From positions 62,001-116,101 of the forward strand of contig CAUYUJ010000263.1 of NCBI GenBank assembly GCA_963575745.1: DNA of 54,101 nucleotides, given 5' to 3'. This document shows positions 1 through 12,964 of the stretch, in pieces. The notes below the pieces were generated by a model. That model ran no database searches, was not told where the DNA came from, and saw only the letters and a list, made by a program, of their open reading frames with translations. Each line of letters begins with the position of its first letter. Position 1 is the stretch's first letter. Source of the stretch: Prorocentrum cordatum (lineage: Eukaryota). The position numbers and the translations under genes were made by a program.

Positions 1-534
1 GATTCCGCCCAATTCCTCCAGATCGCCTTCGTCCAGATCCTGCCCTGTTTTTTCAGATGTCGCCAAGCTTTTCCAGATAGTGACACGTCCGTCGCCCTCA
101 TGTTTCGATTTTTATTTCATCTCGCATGATAACTGCAAACGTTATGTGTGGTCACGCAAGCGACGGGATCGTGCGCGGTACCTATGCACTCATTTGGCGG
201 CGCGAATGTGTGGAGAAGAATACGGAGGACGTGAACGAAGAGGTGGATGAGGAGAACCATCCCCATCAGCATCGCCCGTATACTCACGACGATGATGGAC
301 AGACGGAAGAAGGGGAACAGAAGGGAGAGGATGAGGATGGGGAGGTTGACGACGACGAGGACGCACGCGACAAGGAGGACACTCGGCGCGCTGTTCCTGC
401 GCTATGTTGCGCGGTCCTCTCCGTTGAGACTCGGCCCGGCGGTTCATGCGGCGATGGCTTTTCAGCCACGGGTCATTCGGGTTTCTCTGCCTCTCCTATC
501 GTCTCCTTCCCCTCCCCTGGCCCCGTGTCTTCAC

Positions 535-925
535 GTCGTCGATGTCATGGTCGTCGTCGTCGTCGTCGCCGTCGTCATCGTCGTCGTCGTGGTCGTCGCC
601 GCGGGCGCGGTCATGATCATGGTCGTCGCGGTCGTCGTGGTCGTCGTCGTCGACGTGGTGGTGGTGGTGGTCGTTGTCGTCAATCTCGAATTTCGCGGTC
701 GTCGCGGTCGTCGTGGTCGTCGTCGTCGTGGTGGCAGTCGTGGTCGCGGTCGCGGACGTCGTCGTCGTTGTCGTCGTCGTCGTTTTCGTCGTCGTGGTCG
801 TCGTCGTCGCGGTCGTCGTGGTCGTGGTCGTCGCCGTCGTCGTCGCGGTAGGGGTTGCGGTCGCGGTCATGGTCATTGTCGTCGCGGTTGTCGTCGTCGT
901 CTTGGTCGTCGTGGCAGTCGTTGTC
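535..925. repeat. Degenerate (GTC)n/(GTG)n trinucleotide tract
   Basis: Long run of gtcgtc/gtggtc. Similar tracts occur at ~5010-5520, ~6040-6120, ~28535-28590 (as GAC) and ~44325-44400. Confidence 0.9.
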
Positions 926-1095
926 GGGCGTCGGGCGGCTTGCGCCACCCTGGGCGCGCGCTGCTAAGGGAGTGCCAGACTTTTCCATGTAATTCTCCCG
1001 TCTCCTCCGAAACGTTGTAGCGTATTCCAGAATTCTTCCGAATGGGCCAGCTAGTCCCAGAACTACCTCTGGGCGCGCCTGCGTGAAGGATCTAG

Positions 1096-1600
1096 TTAGT
1101 CCCGCGATCTCGATCCCCCAATCCTGGTTTGCTTTCTCGTTTCAGGAGTGGCCAGCAGCTGCGCACGCTCCCCGAGCATTGCCACCTGGATAATTTGGAG
1201 GCAGTGAGGCTCGGTCGTGTTCTGGCCGCTGCTACTTCCAGCACTTTGAGCTGATGCATCTACAGGAGTTGCGCGATAAAATTGAGAGCCCGGCCAGCTC
1301 GCGCTGTGGTTGTTGCCCCAGTTGCAGGAAGCGTTGGCTAGGACAACGTCTGAATACATCATCGCCGATCTGTGCAAATGAGGGACTCCATGGAAAATTC
1401 CCACAGGTATTTGCGGTGACCGCTTCCCCCTTAAACAGCCCGCGTGCAGGTGTTGTGGCAAGCTGCGATCGCGTCCTGGTCCCAGGCATGCCTTCATTCA
1501 AGGTGTAGCCGCGGGAGGAGGTTTCGGCGAACCTCACTCGGCTGGACGCCACCCTCTTCCGTTTTGCCGCGCCCTCGCTGCCGCTTTCGACCAAGCGCAC
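1096..1600 (-). pseudogene. Possible decayed RT/RNase H fragment of a DIRS-like retroelement
   Basis: Across two frames: GYTLNE..ARGLFKGEAVT / QIPVGIFHGVPHLHRSAM / ATPVDASAQSAG. This loosely resembles the DIRS RT C-terminus and the RNase H TDAS..G motif. Frameshifted. Confidence 0.3.
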
Positions 1601-2154
1601 GGCAACATGGAAACGAACAGATTAGATCAGATGTTTGCCTGAGTGTGTGTCAGCCCTTGTTGGCGAGACCAAAGGTGTGCGTGGCAAGGTTGGGCGGTAT
1701 TGTGCCCTCGTCTCTGGCCAATGCTTCTCGCCGGCGGTCCTCGAGCCGCTTTCGATTACAAGCCTCTGCCTTCGCACCTTTGCTGGAGCTCGGCTGGGCC
1801 ACGACCACGACGGTGACGACGTCCTCCCCCCGCGGGGTCCAGAAACGCCCCCTCCCACCCCCCCGACGATGTCAGACAACGATGACGACGTCCCCCAGCC
1901 GAGTGGGCGAGAAGTGCCCCTCCCCCGCTCCCCCCCCCCGCTGCCCCACCGGACCGACGACAGGCAAAGGCGCCATCTCCCTGCTCCAGGAGTTCGTGCA
2001 GTGTACGAAGACCTGCAGCGGCCCGCAGGCCCAGACCGCCGCGGCTCTTCGGGGGCGCCCGTCGGACGTCGCCATCAACGCCCGACGTATCCGTCGTCGT
2101 CAGCGTTTTACCGTCGGACTTGGACGCTGGACGTCGTCGTCGGGGGTCGAGGGG

Positions 2155-3500
2155 AATAGGAGGAGGAGGAGGAGGGAAATAATAAGGAGGAGGAGGAGGA
2201 GGAGGAGGAGGAGGAGGAGGAGGAGGAGGAGGAGGGAGGAGGAGGAGGAGGAGGAGGAGGAGAAGGAGGTGGAGTGGGAGGAGAAGGATTGAAAGGAGGA
2301 GGAGGACAAGGAGGAGGGGATAGTTAGCCATGTGCAAAGAGGAGAGGGAGGAGCGTGAGAAGGAAAGGGAAGAGGAGGAAAGCGAGGAGGAGGAGGAGCA
2401 CGAGGAGGAGGAGGATGAGGAGAATGCGGAGAACGATGAGGGAGGAAGGGAGGAGGTGGAGGAGGATGAGGAGGAAGAGGAGGAGGAGGAGTGCCGAGGA
2501 GGAGGAGGAGGAGGAGGAGAAGGAGGAGAGGAGAAGGTGGAGGAGGAGGAGGAGGAGGCGGGGGAGGATGGGCATCAGGGAGGAAGCAGCAGGAAAAAGG
2601 AGTCTTGAGCACGAGGAGGAATGGGCAACTTGATTAAGAGGAAGACGGGGAGAAGCAGGATTGGAGAAGAGGAGGGCAATATGTAAGAAAAAGAATGGGA
2701 GAGGAGGTCGAAGAAGGAATATATAAGAAGATAAGATGAGGGGTTAAAGGGGAGGGGGAGATTCCCTTTGTCTTCTTCGTTACCTGGTTTATAGTTTACA
2801 GTGTATTGCCTCCACGTCCTCCTTCCTCCTCCTCGTTCTCCTCATCCTGCTCTTCCTTATCCTCCTCTTCCTCCTCGTCCGCCTCCTCCTCCTCCTCGTC
2901 CTCCTCCTTCTCGTCCGCCGTGTCGTCCCGTTTCCCCTGTTCATCTTCCCCATCCGTATGGTCCTTCCCATCTTGCGTCCCCGTCTTCTAGAGATGATGT
3001 CCTCTTGCGGCTTCCCTCACTGACTCCCATTGCACTTCCCCAGAAGGAAGGGATGGAGGAGGAAAAGAGAAAGAGGAGAGCCTCTGCTGGGTCAGAGGGG
3101 CAGGGGGAGAAAGAGGAGAAGGAGCAGGAGAAGAAGGAGGAGAAGTTTGATGAGGGGGACGTGGAGGAAGGGGGTGAGGAGGAGGCGGGGGAGGAGGAGG
3201 AGGAGGAGGAGGAGGAGGAGGAGGACGACGAGGAGGACGAGGAAGAGGAGGAGGACGAGGAGGAGGACGAGGAGGAGGAGGAGGAGGAGGAGGAGGAGGA
3301 GGAGGAGGAGGGGAGAGTTACGTGCGAAGAAGAGGAGAAGCAGCAGGATGAGGAGGAAAATGATGAGGAGAGCGAGGAGGAGGAGGAGGAGGAGGAGGTA
3401 AGGGAGGAGCAGCAGCAGTACGAGGAGCGGGGACAGCTAGCAGGGTGGATCTTGGCAGAGGGAGGAGGAGAGCAGCAGCAGAAGCAGCAGAACCAGGTGG
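2155..3500. repeat. (GGA)n/(CCT)n microsatellite-rich low-complexity block
   Basis: Multiple pure and degenerate gaggag runs, with a cct-rich block at ~2810-2930. Confidence 0.9.
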
Positions 3501-6331
3501 ACTGGTCGCAGCAAGAGGAACAGGCAATTAAGAACCATCATCGTCCCCCCCATCTCCAATCCTCTGTCATCCTGCACTTCCACTCTTTTCATCCTGCTCT
3601 TTCCATCCGACCCTCACCTCCAGGAGCCACCGCGCTTTCCACTAGTAGACAAACCGATCACTCTTTGCACTCATTCGAGAACCTCGGAAGTTTCTATAAT
3701 ATTTAAATCAGCAGCGGTAACATCTAACACCGTTATCACCCACACCATCCCCCCTTTCACCCACACACTCCTCATCCTCCCCTGTGGCGGTAGCATGGCA
3801 CCCGTGGCACCACCGAGTGCACAGTAAGTATCTTCCCTCTCGTCTTCCACCTGCGTCCTCCCTCCTTCCCCCTCCCTCGTCCTCATTCCCTTGCCCGCCT
3901 CATCTCCACATCATCCCTCCTCCTCGGCACTCCTCATGCCTCCTCGTCCCTCCTAGCGTCCCCCCCCCCCCCGGCGTGGACGTCCCCCTCCTGCTCATCC
4001 TGTTCTCCCTTTCCTGACTCCGTCCCGCATGCGTCTCGGCGCCGGTTGTTCGGAGTTGTGCTTCTCCTACGTGAGCGCAAAAACCTCCTTCCCTCCTGAG
4101 CAGCAGGAGGGGCCACCGAAGGCACCCCTGGAGGAGGCGGCTACAATCACACAGTGCCTGCCTCTCCCTTCCTCCTGGCGCCTCCTTTCCTCCCCCTTCG
4201 TACCCTCCTCCTCCTCCTCCTCCTCCTCCTCCTCCTCCTCCTCCTCCTCCTCCTCCTCCTCCTCCTCCAGGAGGCCGCCCCCCAGGAGGCCTGGCCCGTC
4301 CGGGGGGCGCAGGGCAGAGCCACGCGGGAGGTAAGATCGGGTCAGGTCGCTGACCGCTGCACAGAGATCACGTCCTTCCTCCCCCTACAGATCTTGCGCA
4401 ATTCTTTGCATGTGGTTCAGAATTTGATGCATCCAGTCGCTGTCCTTCACTTGTGAAATGGCTGTCGAGCCTGACAGCCGTGCAATAGAGCATTTGGCGT
4501 CGAGGGGAACGCGCCGAATGTGGCGCTACTACCACCACCACCACCCTCAAAAGCGAAACAGAGATACGGTGGGTCCATGCAGCGATGGCGCGCCAGCGAC
4601 GCTGGCGAAGGGGTTCGAGGTTGAATTCTGCGACGCGGACGCACCAATGGACTCGGTAGAGCCACGGGACCCAACAGAGCTCGTTTTGAAACGGTCGGGG
4701 CCGCCATCGATTGAAGATTGAACGATCGACGCGGTGTGACAAATCTTTGCGCGCGCCGACGCCTCACGACGGCCAGAGCCGCGGCGGGGGCGACGACGGC
4801 GGCACGTTCGTGCACGTGGCTTGGCGCGCACGCCCTGCCTGGGCTCCCCGCCATCCTTCCGCCTGCAGCGGGCAGCACAGGGGCCGGGCGCGGGCGGCCG
4901 GGGGCGCCGGCGCCTGCCAGGACCGCCCGGTGCTGCAGTGGAGCTTCCAGCAGCGCGCCAGCGCCGGACCGCTCGAGTTCTGCGCGACGGCGGCGCCGAT
5001 CGCGCCGGCGTGGCGTCGTCGCGGTCGTCGTCGCCGTCCTTGCCGTCGTCGTCGTCGTCGTGGCCGTCGGCGTTGACACCGCTGTCGTCTTCCCCGTCGT
5101 CGCCCTCGCCGTCGTCGTCGTCGCTGTCGCTGTCGCTCGAGTCTGCGCGACGGTGGCGCCGATCGCGGCGACGCCGTCGAAGTCGTCAAAGGCACCGATG
5201 CTACTACCCTTCCTTCGTTTTCGCCTAGCTGGATTCGCCTCGAAGTTCAGGTGAGAACGCACTCCCGGAGAAGTCTGGGGAGTAGCGGTATCGGTGCTTT
5301 TTGCTTTCCCCACTTGCCGTCGTCGTCGTCGTTGCCGTCGGCGTCGACGTCGCCGTCGTCGTCCCCGTCGTCGCCCTAACCGCCGCCTTTCGTTGTCGTC
5401 GTTGTCGTTGGGTGGCCAGGAGGACTTGCTGCAGCATGCTGTCGTCGTCGTCGTGGCCGTTGGCGTCGCTCTTGCCGTCGTCGTCCCCATCGTCGCTCTT
5501 GCCGTCGTCGTCAGTCGTCGTCGCTGCTTCTCCGGGATGACGTCCGTCGGCCGCCGAAAGCATGCAGCTCTACAGCTTGCCCCCCCGAGCTCCTTCGTAG
5601 TCTATCGGAGGATGAGGGCGACCTTGCGTCCAGACGCCTGCCTGCCTGGGACCCGCTCAGAGGCGGGTCCGCCGCCTGAGTGCCTCACGTGCTTGCCTGC
5701 TCTAGCAGGTGGTTTATCCCAGTAATTACATCATCGTCGGCACTCACCCCCTCCATCACCGGCTTCCGAAGGAGGAGCATGAGGGGGAGGAGAAGGGTGA
5801 TGAGGCGGAGGAGGAGGCGGAGGAGGAGGAGGAGGAGGAGGAGGAAGCGCAGCAGCCAGCAGGAGCAGGAGCACGCGGAGACATCTGGCCATGGGGGTGG
5901 AGGGACTGTGGAGCGGGAGGAGGGGCGGGGTTCCGCAGCACGGCCTCTCGCCCCGGCGCTCCTACTCAGAGGTGGCCCTCGTGCTCGACGGGGTGCCGCA
6001 CCACGTGATGGGCGCGTGGCACGCGTCGAAGAAGGCCGTCGTCGCCGTCGTATCCGTCGCCACCGCCGCCGTCGTCTCGGTTGCCATCGCCGCTGCCGCC
6101 GCCGCCGTCGTCGTCGTCGTTGCCAGCTTTTCTGCGATTTTGGAGGTCGGGGAGCGAGCTGGAACCCCGGGGGCAGCCAGGGCTCGACGCCGCCTTCCAA
6201 AGGGCGGAGCTCGTGCTCCGAGTGGCCCTCTGGTGGGGAAGGCACGCCACGGCTCGTGCGAAGCCAGGTGCGCTTCGCGTGTCGCCACCGGCCCGTGCAA
6301 CGATGCCTGTGAGAGTTGCCTGGGTGAGATG

Positions 6332-6720
6332 TGGACGCCCGAGATGGGCACGGAAAGAATGGGTACGGAAAGATTTGGCGATGGGAGCGCCCGCTCCCGT
6401 TCCCGATTCGCTCCTCGGGGCCGCCTCGGGCAGAGGCCAGTCGCTCGGGGCCGCTCGGGCACCTCACGGGCCCCCCGTTGGGGCCGAGGCTCTGCGGCGG
6501 GCGAGGCAGGGCCAAGGCGCTGCTCTCGCACGGACAGAATGGGTACGATGCCCAACAGAAGTTCCTGTTCATTCTGAACAGGATTCGCTGTCCACGCCGC
6601 CGCGGCCTGTGTCCGTTCGAGACAGAAGGCCGCCTGTCCAACAGCGGCCGCTGTTGGTTTGGGACAACATTTGTTGTTGGGCATCGTACCCATTTTTGCG
6701 GTACCCATGTCGGGCGTCCA
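6332..6720. mobile_element. MITE-like element with imperfect TIRs (tggacgcccga...tcgggcgtcca), probably composite
   Basis: Left tggacgcccgagatgggcacggaaagaatgggtacg is an imperfect reverse complement of right cgtacccatttttgcggtacccatgtcgggcgtcca. There is an internal copy of aatgggtacgatgcccaaca at ~6538. The gggcgtcca terminus is shared with the 25.5-26.2 kb elements. No clean TSD. Confidence 0.65.
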
Positions 6721-7643
6721 AATGGATGAGGGGTGGAGGACGAGGAGGTGAACGGGGAGGAACAGCATGAGTAGGAGGACCAGGAGGAGGCGGAGGAGGA
6801 GGGAGAAGTTGGTGGGGGGAAAGGGTGGATGCTGAAAAGGACGAGGAGGACGAGGAGGAGGAGGTGGCGGAGGAGGAGGAAGAGGAGGACGAGGAGAGGA
6901 GGAGAAGGAGGACGAGGAGGAAGCGTTCGCGGATCCCTTGTTGTGAGTGCCGTATGGAGGTTTGTTGTGTTATCTTAGGATTTCTTGGAGCCCTGCAGGG
7001 CTCCTCTTGGGACTGTCTCGGGGCCTTCTTGGGGCTGTGCTAAGAGGTTTTGGCGCCCCCTTGGAGATCTTTGGGGGTGTCTCGGGGCCTTCTTGGGGTG
7101 ATCTTGGGCCTCACGGCTCAAAAAGGGCCCCCATCGGAGGCGGATACATTACATATTGCACTGGTGTTGTTGTGGCTTTGGAACGACGCTGGCGCGCTCC
7201 GAGAGCGCTTGAAGCTGCCTTGTCGCCGTATTCAGACCTCTCGGAGGCATGTCAGAGGCTATCATGAATACTATCCCTGTCTTGTGCCGCCTGACACATC
7301 GCGGGGGTGGGTGGGGGGCTTTGCAGGGCTCTCCTCTCATCTGGCCCTGCATGGGGCACGATCGACTCATCAAATGCCATCTTCTAAACTGTTGCTCTTC
7401 AGCCTCGTGGACAACGTCGTCGAGTGGGGTTCCCTGAGCTATCAAGCTCAACAGTCGATGGGCCTCTGCCGGGGGTATGGGCAGAGCATGGTGGAGGCTG
7501 CTGTCTATAGGGATCCTGAGTTTCAACCTAAGGAGGGTGTTGCAAGAAATGGAGAGTCGGAGGAGCAGCCTGCGTCGCCGCTGAGACTGACCCCTCTTCC
7601 TCACCGGGACGGGCAAATGATGTTTTTCCTCAGACCGCTCCAT

Positions 7644-7668
7644 CTTGAGCCAAAGTGCAGCGTTACGG
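7644..7668 (-). other. Relict dinoflagellate spliced-leader-like sequence directly before an ATG
   Basis: Minus strand reads CCGTAACGCTGCACTTTGGCTCAAG|ATG versus SL DCCGTAGCCATTTTGGCTCAAG. The 3' 11 nt are exact; the 5' part needs a gap. Confidence 0.5.
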
Positions 7669-8048
7669 CGAAAATCGGCCTGAAGCTGCTGACCTAGAGT
7701 GCAAAATACATTGCAACCCATCCCTGGAGGCGGCGTTGCCGCTGAGCCCCCAGAGATCTTGAGACACATGGCGGTGCAAGCTATCGTGCCAACCAAGGCC
7801 AAAGTCGGCCCACGGTCAACATGCGTTATCCCACTTTGTGGGACAAAGATCTTCCAGAAACTACGTCACTCCTCCTCTCTCCAGCGTGCTAGGGGCAGCA
7901 CCACGGGAACTTGTAACTACGCGTGCAGACATAGGGGCAGCACCACGGGAACTTGGTTAACTGCTACGCGTGCTGGAACTCAAATTCATTCCATGCGCAG
8001 CATGCTCTCCCATATGCTGCTGATGCTGATGCTACGCTCCCCGATCCA

Positions 8049-8079
<31 letters not shown>

Positions 8080-9439
8080 CGAACCCCAGGGAAGGCGTTC
8101 GGGGGAGTGATCAAGTCACCCTTCCCGCCCGCAAGCCGTCTCGCTCACTCCCACCTACGCTCCCAACACATACGTAGTACCCGAGCCTCGGCGTGTTCAG
8201 CGGTCTTCTTTCGGTGGAGAGCGAGTGGGAACCGAAACAGACCCCACGTGCGCGACGCTGGAGCGAGGTGCGCCACGCGTGCCAGGCGCGCCACGCGCAC
8301 TAGGTGCACCAGGTGCGCCAGGCACCCCTGCGGCCCAAGCGTGTCAGGCACGATTGGTCACATGCACCACGTGCTACACGTGCACCATCTGCACCGCATG
8401 TTCCAGCCGCGTCAGGTGCGCCACGTTCAAGGCATGCGCAGGGTGTGCTAGGTGCGCCCGCGCACGTGCCAGTACTCATCCGGAAACATGCTGGCCCCCA
8501 CCACCCTTGTCGAAAACCAAGCGTAATCGCGGCGTGGTGGCCGTCATTGTGCCTGGTTGGCCTGCGCACAGCACCCCCGCCGTCTTTGTCAAAAACCAAA
8601 GAACAGTGATCGCGGGGAGGCCTCGCATGACCCAAATTTAGTTGCGAAGTTGCACTTGTGAACTCTTTGTTGACAGTGATAGTGGCCCTGCGCGCAGCGA
8701 GCGATATGCTGGCACTGGCACCCCCGCCGTCCTTGTCCAAAAAGAGAGATATATGTGTGCCGAGATTCATACTTGTTTCTTGACAGGGATGGTGGGCGGG
8801 GGGAGTGTCATGGATGCCCTGATGGATTCGGGTTGGCTGCCGGTCGCCTCGGAGAGGAGGTGCTCGCTGATAGGGGACAATGAAAAACACCTGTTGGGTG
8901 CTCGTTGACAGGGTGCCCGAATAGGGGAAGAAGTGGTTTTGGTAGAAAGAAGTGCGAACTCGTTTCGCCACCTGCGTCCAGAGGGCTAGTTGGATCCGAG
9001 AGACGTCCCACGGCTTTGCACGATTCGGTCGATTCGATTACGCGTGCCGGTAAATGCGCGGGGCACCAGCTGTGTGGATGATACCCTCCATGACCGACCC
9101 CCGTCACGCACGGATGGGATTCGATCCGACTGGTTCGACCATGCGAATTATTCAGTCAATGTCGTGTGGAGGGCCACCGTTGGTCAGCCATAGTGTCGGA
9201 GCATGCGTACACCAGCAGGCGCAATTTCAGCCAGCGGTCGTGCCACAGTCAATGGCGAAATCCGCCAGCATGCAGATACCCATGGCTCGGAATCGACATT
9301 CAAAAATCGTTCCGGGCACCACACTATGGGAGCCACATGCAAGTCCTGTTGTCAGTCCTCCGCGCAGATAGCACGTTGGCTGCTCAGCCAGGCAAGCCTT
9401 CAGCCGCCACACCAGACAGTGCAGCTGGCTTCACGCGAC

Positions 9440-9598
9440 GTGCATGATCGGGTATACCTACTGCGAGCCACTGTCGCCCCCTGGCTCCTTGAAATGCTTC
9501 TGTGGCCAAATGTTTTGCTAGAGCCTGACCAAGCTATTGGACGATGTGTTCCCCCATCCGTTGTGGAAGCCCTCAAGGAAAGTCTAGGAGGCAGAGGA

Positions 9599-9632
<34 letters not shown>

Positions 9633-9740
9633 GGAGCGAGAGAGGGAAAGCGAGAGAGAGAGAGAGAGAGCGAGAACGAGGGAGAGAGAGAGAGAGAGAA
9701 AGAGAGGGAACAAGAGAGCGAACGAGGGAGAGAGAGTGTT
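9440..9740 (+). repeat. Dispersed SINE-like repeat ending in a (GA)n tail; copies at ~42930-43140 and ~43525-43750
   Basis: Shared core gctattggac(g/t)at(g/t)tgttccc...g(g/c)aagcc, followed in all three copies by a (GA)n or (GGA)n tract. Confidence 0.6.
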
Positions 9741-10823
9741 GACAAGGAACGCGCGCGCGCATCAAACCCACTCAGCATGATTGGGAGGGTAGGCTGCCCT
9801 TTTGCGCGTTCGCGATGCTCGTGACCCCCCCACGACTGCCTCGGCTGCGCCCGAGAGTAAAACCCTTCCTCGCCACAACCCCCACGCCGCCTGCTTAAAA
9901 GGGGAAGAGCAACATGCGTCGCACCCGCAAACATCTCGCCGTGCGACCGGGTCTCGCGCAGCGATTGAAATCTCGCGCGTCGCTGCTCGATTGGTCGCAT
10001 GTCGTGCGCGTCGCGCCATCCGCGGTGGAGCAGATGCGCCACATCGGCAGCGGAATATGAGTTTTCGCGAGTGGGTGTGCGCCAGGCGCAGAGCGGATTC
10101 CTCGCGCAAGCGGGCGACACTCGAGCGCGCGGGGAAGGACTAGCGCGCCGCATCGGCGGCGGTCTCAAAATGCGTGGGTGCTTTTTTGTTCGCGGGGGGT
10201 CGCTCCGCGCAGGAGAGCGCGCTTCGCTGCGCGATTGGGCGCGCGCTCACGGCGCGCGGGGGCCTCGCGACGATCGAGGCGTCCCTCTGCAAATTCAGAT
10301 GTGCAGTCGGGGCCTTGAAGAAGGAACCCGTTTCGTTGGGGAGGGGCTCCGTGTTCCTTAATTGCTTCGCAGCTTGCCTCAGGTTTTCCTTAGGTTTTCG
10401 ATACGAAATCGAAGTTTAACTTATGGAAAATAGGGGCCTCGTTACTTATTTAGGGTTCCTTAGGTCAACGCCTCGACTGTAGCGCAGGCGATTGGCGACT
10501 GATTGTGTGCCGCGCGCGCGTCGCGCCACGCGCGGTGGCGCCGTTGCGTCGCACTGAGGATACAGTGAGCGGCTCGAATAAGGAGCGCTTACTTTTCAAA
10601 AGGGGCTCGGTCGTTTCTTAGGCTTGCATGCGTTATTTCTCGCTCCCTATGCGTTATGTATGATTGGTTCATCGTTCCCTGTGCGTTATCCCTTGGAAGG
10701 AAGGGGCTTCGTTCCTTATTTCTCGTTCCTTAGGTCAGGCCGATGACTGTACCCTCAGAGCGCGACTGTCTCGTTGGGGTGGGCGCGCGGCGCCCGGGTG
10801 ACTCCTTGCACGACGGGGGTGCG

Positions 10824-10990
10824 TCAAGAGGGGAAAAAAAAACAGACACAAGTCATCGACGATCCCCAGGAAAATATGGGAACATATTGGGAAGTGGGGG
10901 GGGAAGACAAAAACCCAGAAAATATGTAAAAAAAAATGGGGAATCTTTTTATTTGTGTGTATTTATTTGTGTGTCCCAGGGGCCCCTTCA
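10824..10990. mobile_element. 167-bp insertion with 5-bp TSD GTGCG
   Basis: GTGCG at 10819-10823 and 10991-10995. The paralogous empty site (ggggtgcggtcgag) is visible at ~11972-11986. Confidence 0.85.
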
Positions 10991-11252
10991 GTGCGGTCGA
11001 GCGCGCGGGGAGGGACCTCGCGCGTCGCGTGGGCGGCGGCCTCGGCGCGCGATGTTCGCGCTCAGTGGTCGGCTCGCGGCGCCGAGCAGCCTCCTCGCGC
11101 CACCGCGCGGCGCCTCTGCTCGCGCCGGGAAGGGCTCGCGCGCCCCAGCGAAAGCTCCGGCGCGCGGCGCCAGGCGGCCTCCCCGCGCGAGCTGACAGCG
11201 TTTTGGAGCGCGCGGGGGGAGGGCTCGAGCGTCGCTTCGGCGGCGAGATCTC

Positions 11253-11421
11253 TCGGAGGGCACCAACTATACACCAACACCGATCCTGGGCCCAGGATCA
11301 CCCTGGGCCCAGGATCGGTGTATATGCCTTCTTGCGCAGGGCAGGAGGGCGTATACACCGATCCTGGGCCCAGGGTGATCCTGGCCAGGATCGGTGTTGG
11401 TGTATAGTTGGTGCCTTCCTA
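11253..11421. mobile_element. Palindromic MITE, copy 1 (ggcaccaactata...tatagttggtgcc)
   Basis: Near-perfect foldback, nearly identical to 12406-12573. The right-hand TSD is not retained. Confidence 0.8.
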
Positions 11422-11613
11422 TTGGGGCGCAGTGTTCGCGCGCCAGAGTGGGCGCGCGGCGCCCGGCGGACTCCGCGCGCGACTGGGCAGCTCGAGCGCG
11501 CGGGGCAGGACCCGCGCGTCGCGTCGGTGGCGGCCTCGGCGCGCGCCGCTCGCACGGGTTTCGGCGCGCGGCGCCAAGCAGCTTCCTCTCTCGGGGGCCA
11601 CAGGCGAACCCTA

Positions 11614-11724
11614 CCCCTAGCCCCCCACGATTTCTGAGGGGGAGGGGGTGGGGTTCACTTCATTCGGGAGCTCCCGAGCGAAGTGAACCCCATCCTCCCC
11701 CTCAGAAATCGTGGGGGGTAGAGG
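11614..11724. mobile_element. Foldback MITE flanked by TA
   Basis: ccccccacgatttctgagggggagg...cctccccctcagaaatcgtgggggg hairpin, with TA at 11612-13 and 11725-26. Confidence 0.75.
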
Positions 11725-11726
11725 TA

Positions 11727-11906
11727 CTCCAGATTTCGTAATAAAAGGAAGGGGGTCTGGACCCTCCAAGACAAGCCATTTCAGACCTCCCCCGTGGGAG
11801 AACCCTCCAAAACATCGTCCCCAGACCCCCCAGGCCCTCCAAGATAGCCTGGAAGAGACCCCCCCCCGAAATGAGACCCCCCCGCCCTTTATTACGAAAT
11901 CTGGAG
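11727..11906. mobile_element. MITE with 19-bp TIR ctccagatttcgtaataaa and TA TSD (Tc1/mariner-like)
   Basis: Perfect TIRs and TA on both sides. A near-identical second copy lies at 42552-42729. Confidence 0.85.
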
Positions 11907-12405
11907 TACCCTCAGAACGCGACTGTCTCGTTGGGGTGGGCGCGCGGCGCCCGGGTGACTCCTTGCACGACGGGGGTGCGGTCGAGCGCGCGGGGAGGGA
12001 CCTCGCGCGTGGAGGAGGAGGAGGAGGAGGAGGAGGAGGAGGAGGAGGAGGAGGAGGAGGAGGAGGAGGAGGAGGAGGAGGAGGAGGAGCTGTGGGAGCT
12101 GTGCATGAGCGACAACGAACGTCGCATCCCCGAAGGGAGCACTTAGGCGAATAAGTGCGACGGAACGGGACAAGGGCAAGACGCCTGGCCCACTCGCGTT
12201 CGCACGTGGCCCCCTACTCTCGCGACTGGGTGGAGTTCGCGGGCGCAGGGGGAGAGCTCGCGCGTCGCACTCGGCGGCGACGGTCTCGGCTGCCGTGTCC
12301 GCGCGGGGGTCGGCGCGCGGCGCCAGGCGGCCTCCCCGCGCGAGCTGACAGCGTTTTGGAGCGCGCGGGGGGAGGGCTCGAGCGTCGCTTCGGCGGCGAG
12401 ATCTC

Positions 12406-12573
12406 TCGGAGGGCACCAACTATGCACCAACACCGATCCTGGCCCAGGATCACCCCGGGCCCAGGATCGGTGTCTATGCCTTCCTGCGCAAGGCAGGAGG
12501 GCGTATACACCGATCCTGGGCCCAGGGTGATCCTGGCCAGGATCGGTGCTGGTGTATAGTTGGTGCCTTCCTA
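12406..12573. mobile_element. Palindromic MITE, copy 2, with 5-bp TSD ATCTC
   Basis: ATCTC at 12401-12405 and 12574-12578; long TIRs. Confidence 0.85.
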
Positions 12574-12624
12574 ATCTCCGAGTGATGCTTCGACGTTGTG
12601 GCCTCGATCTTCACCACCCACCAA

Positions 12625-12773
12625 ACCACCCAAACCCAACCCGAAGCTCTCAATCTGCCCTCCATTTCCAGTGGGGGGGGGTCGGGGAGCGTTGAAAAAA
12701 ACACATGGAACCCGCACCCCCCCCCACCCGAAACTGGGGTCAAATTCGGGTCTTCGGGTTGGGTTGGGGTGGT
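12625..12773. mobile_element. Small inverted-repeat element
   Basis: accacccaaacccaacccgaag ... cttcgggttgggttggggtggt. TSD not resolved. Confidence 0.55.
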
Positions 12774-12964
12774 CTTGTAGGTAGTCAGATCCGCGAAAAG
12801 GATCCTCGCTGGGCGACTGGACGCGCGCGCGTGCGCGCGGTTTTTTCCGGGGGGGGGGGGGCGCCGCAACTGCGTCGCATATGCAGGTGCCCCGCTGCGC
12901 GAGCACCGCGCGGGGGGGCGGGAGCGGGCCTCGGCGCGGCAAGAAAGGGAGGCGTTGTCTAGGG

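Larger units (their letters stand above)
10750..12578. repeat. Partly duplicated GC-rich repeat hosting nested MITEs
   Basis: taccctcaga(g/a)cgcgactgtctc...cctcgcgcgt occurs at ~10750 and ~11907. cggcgcgcggcgccagg...ggcgagatctc occurs at ~11160 and ~12311. Confidence 0.8.

Noticed and set aside
126..6800. Many long ORFs rich in R, V, S, E, P or T
   Set aside because: They are translations of (GTC)n and (GGA)n tracts in GC-rich DNA, open in several frames, with no domain signal.
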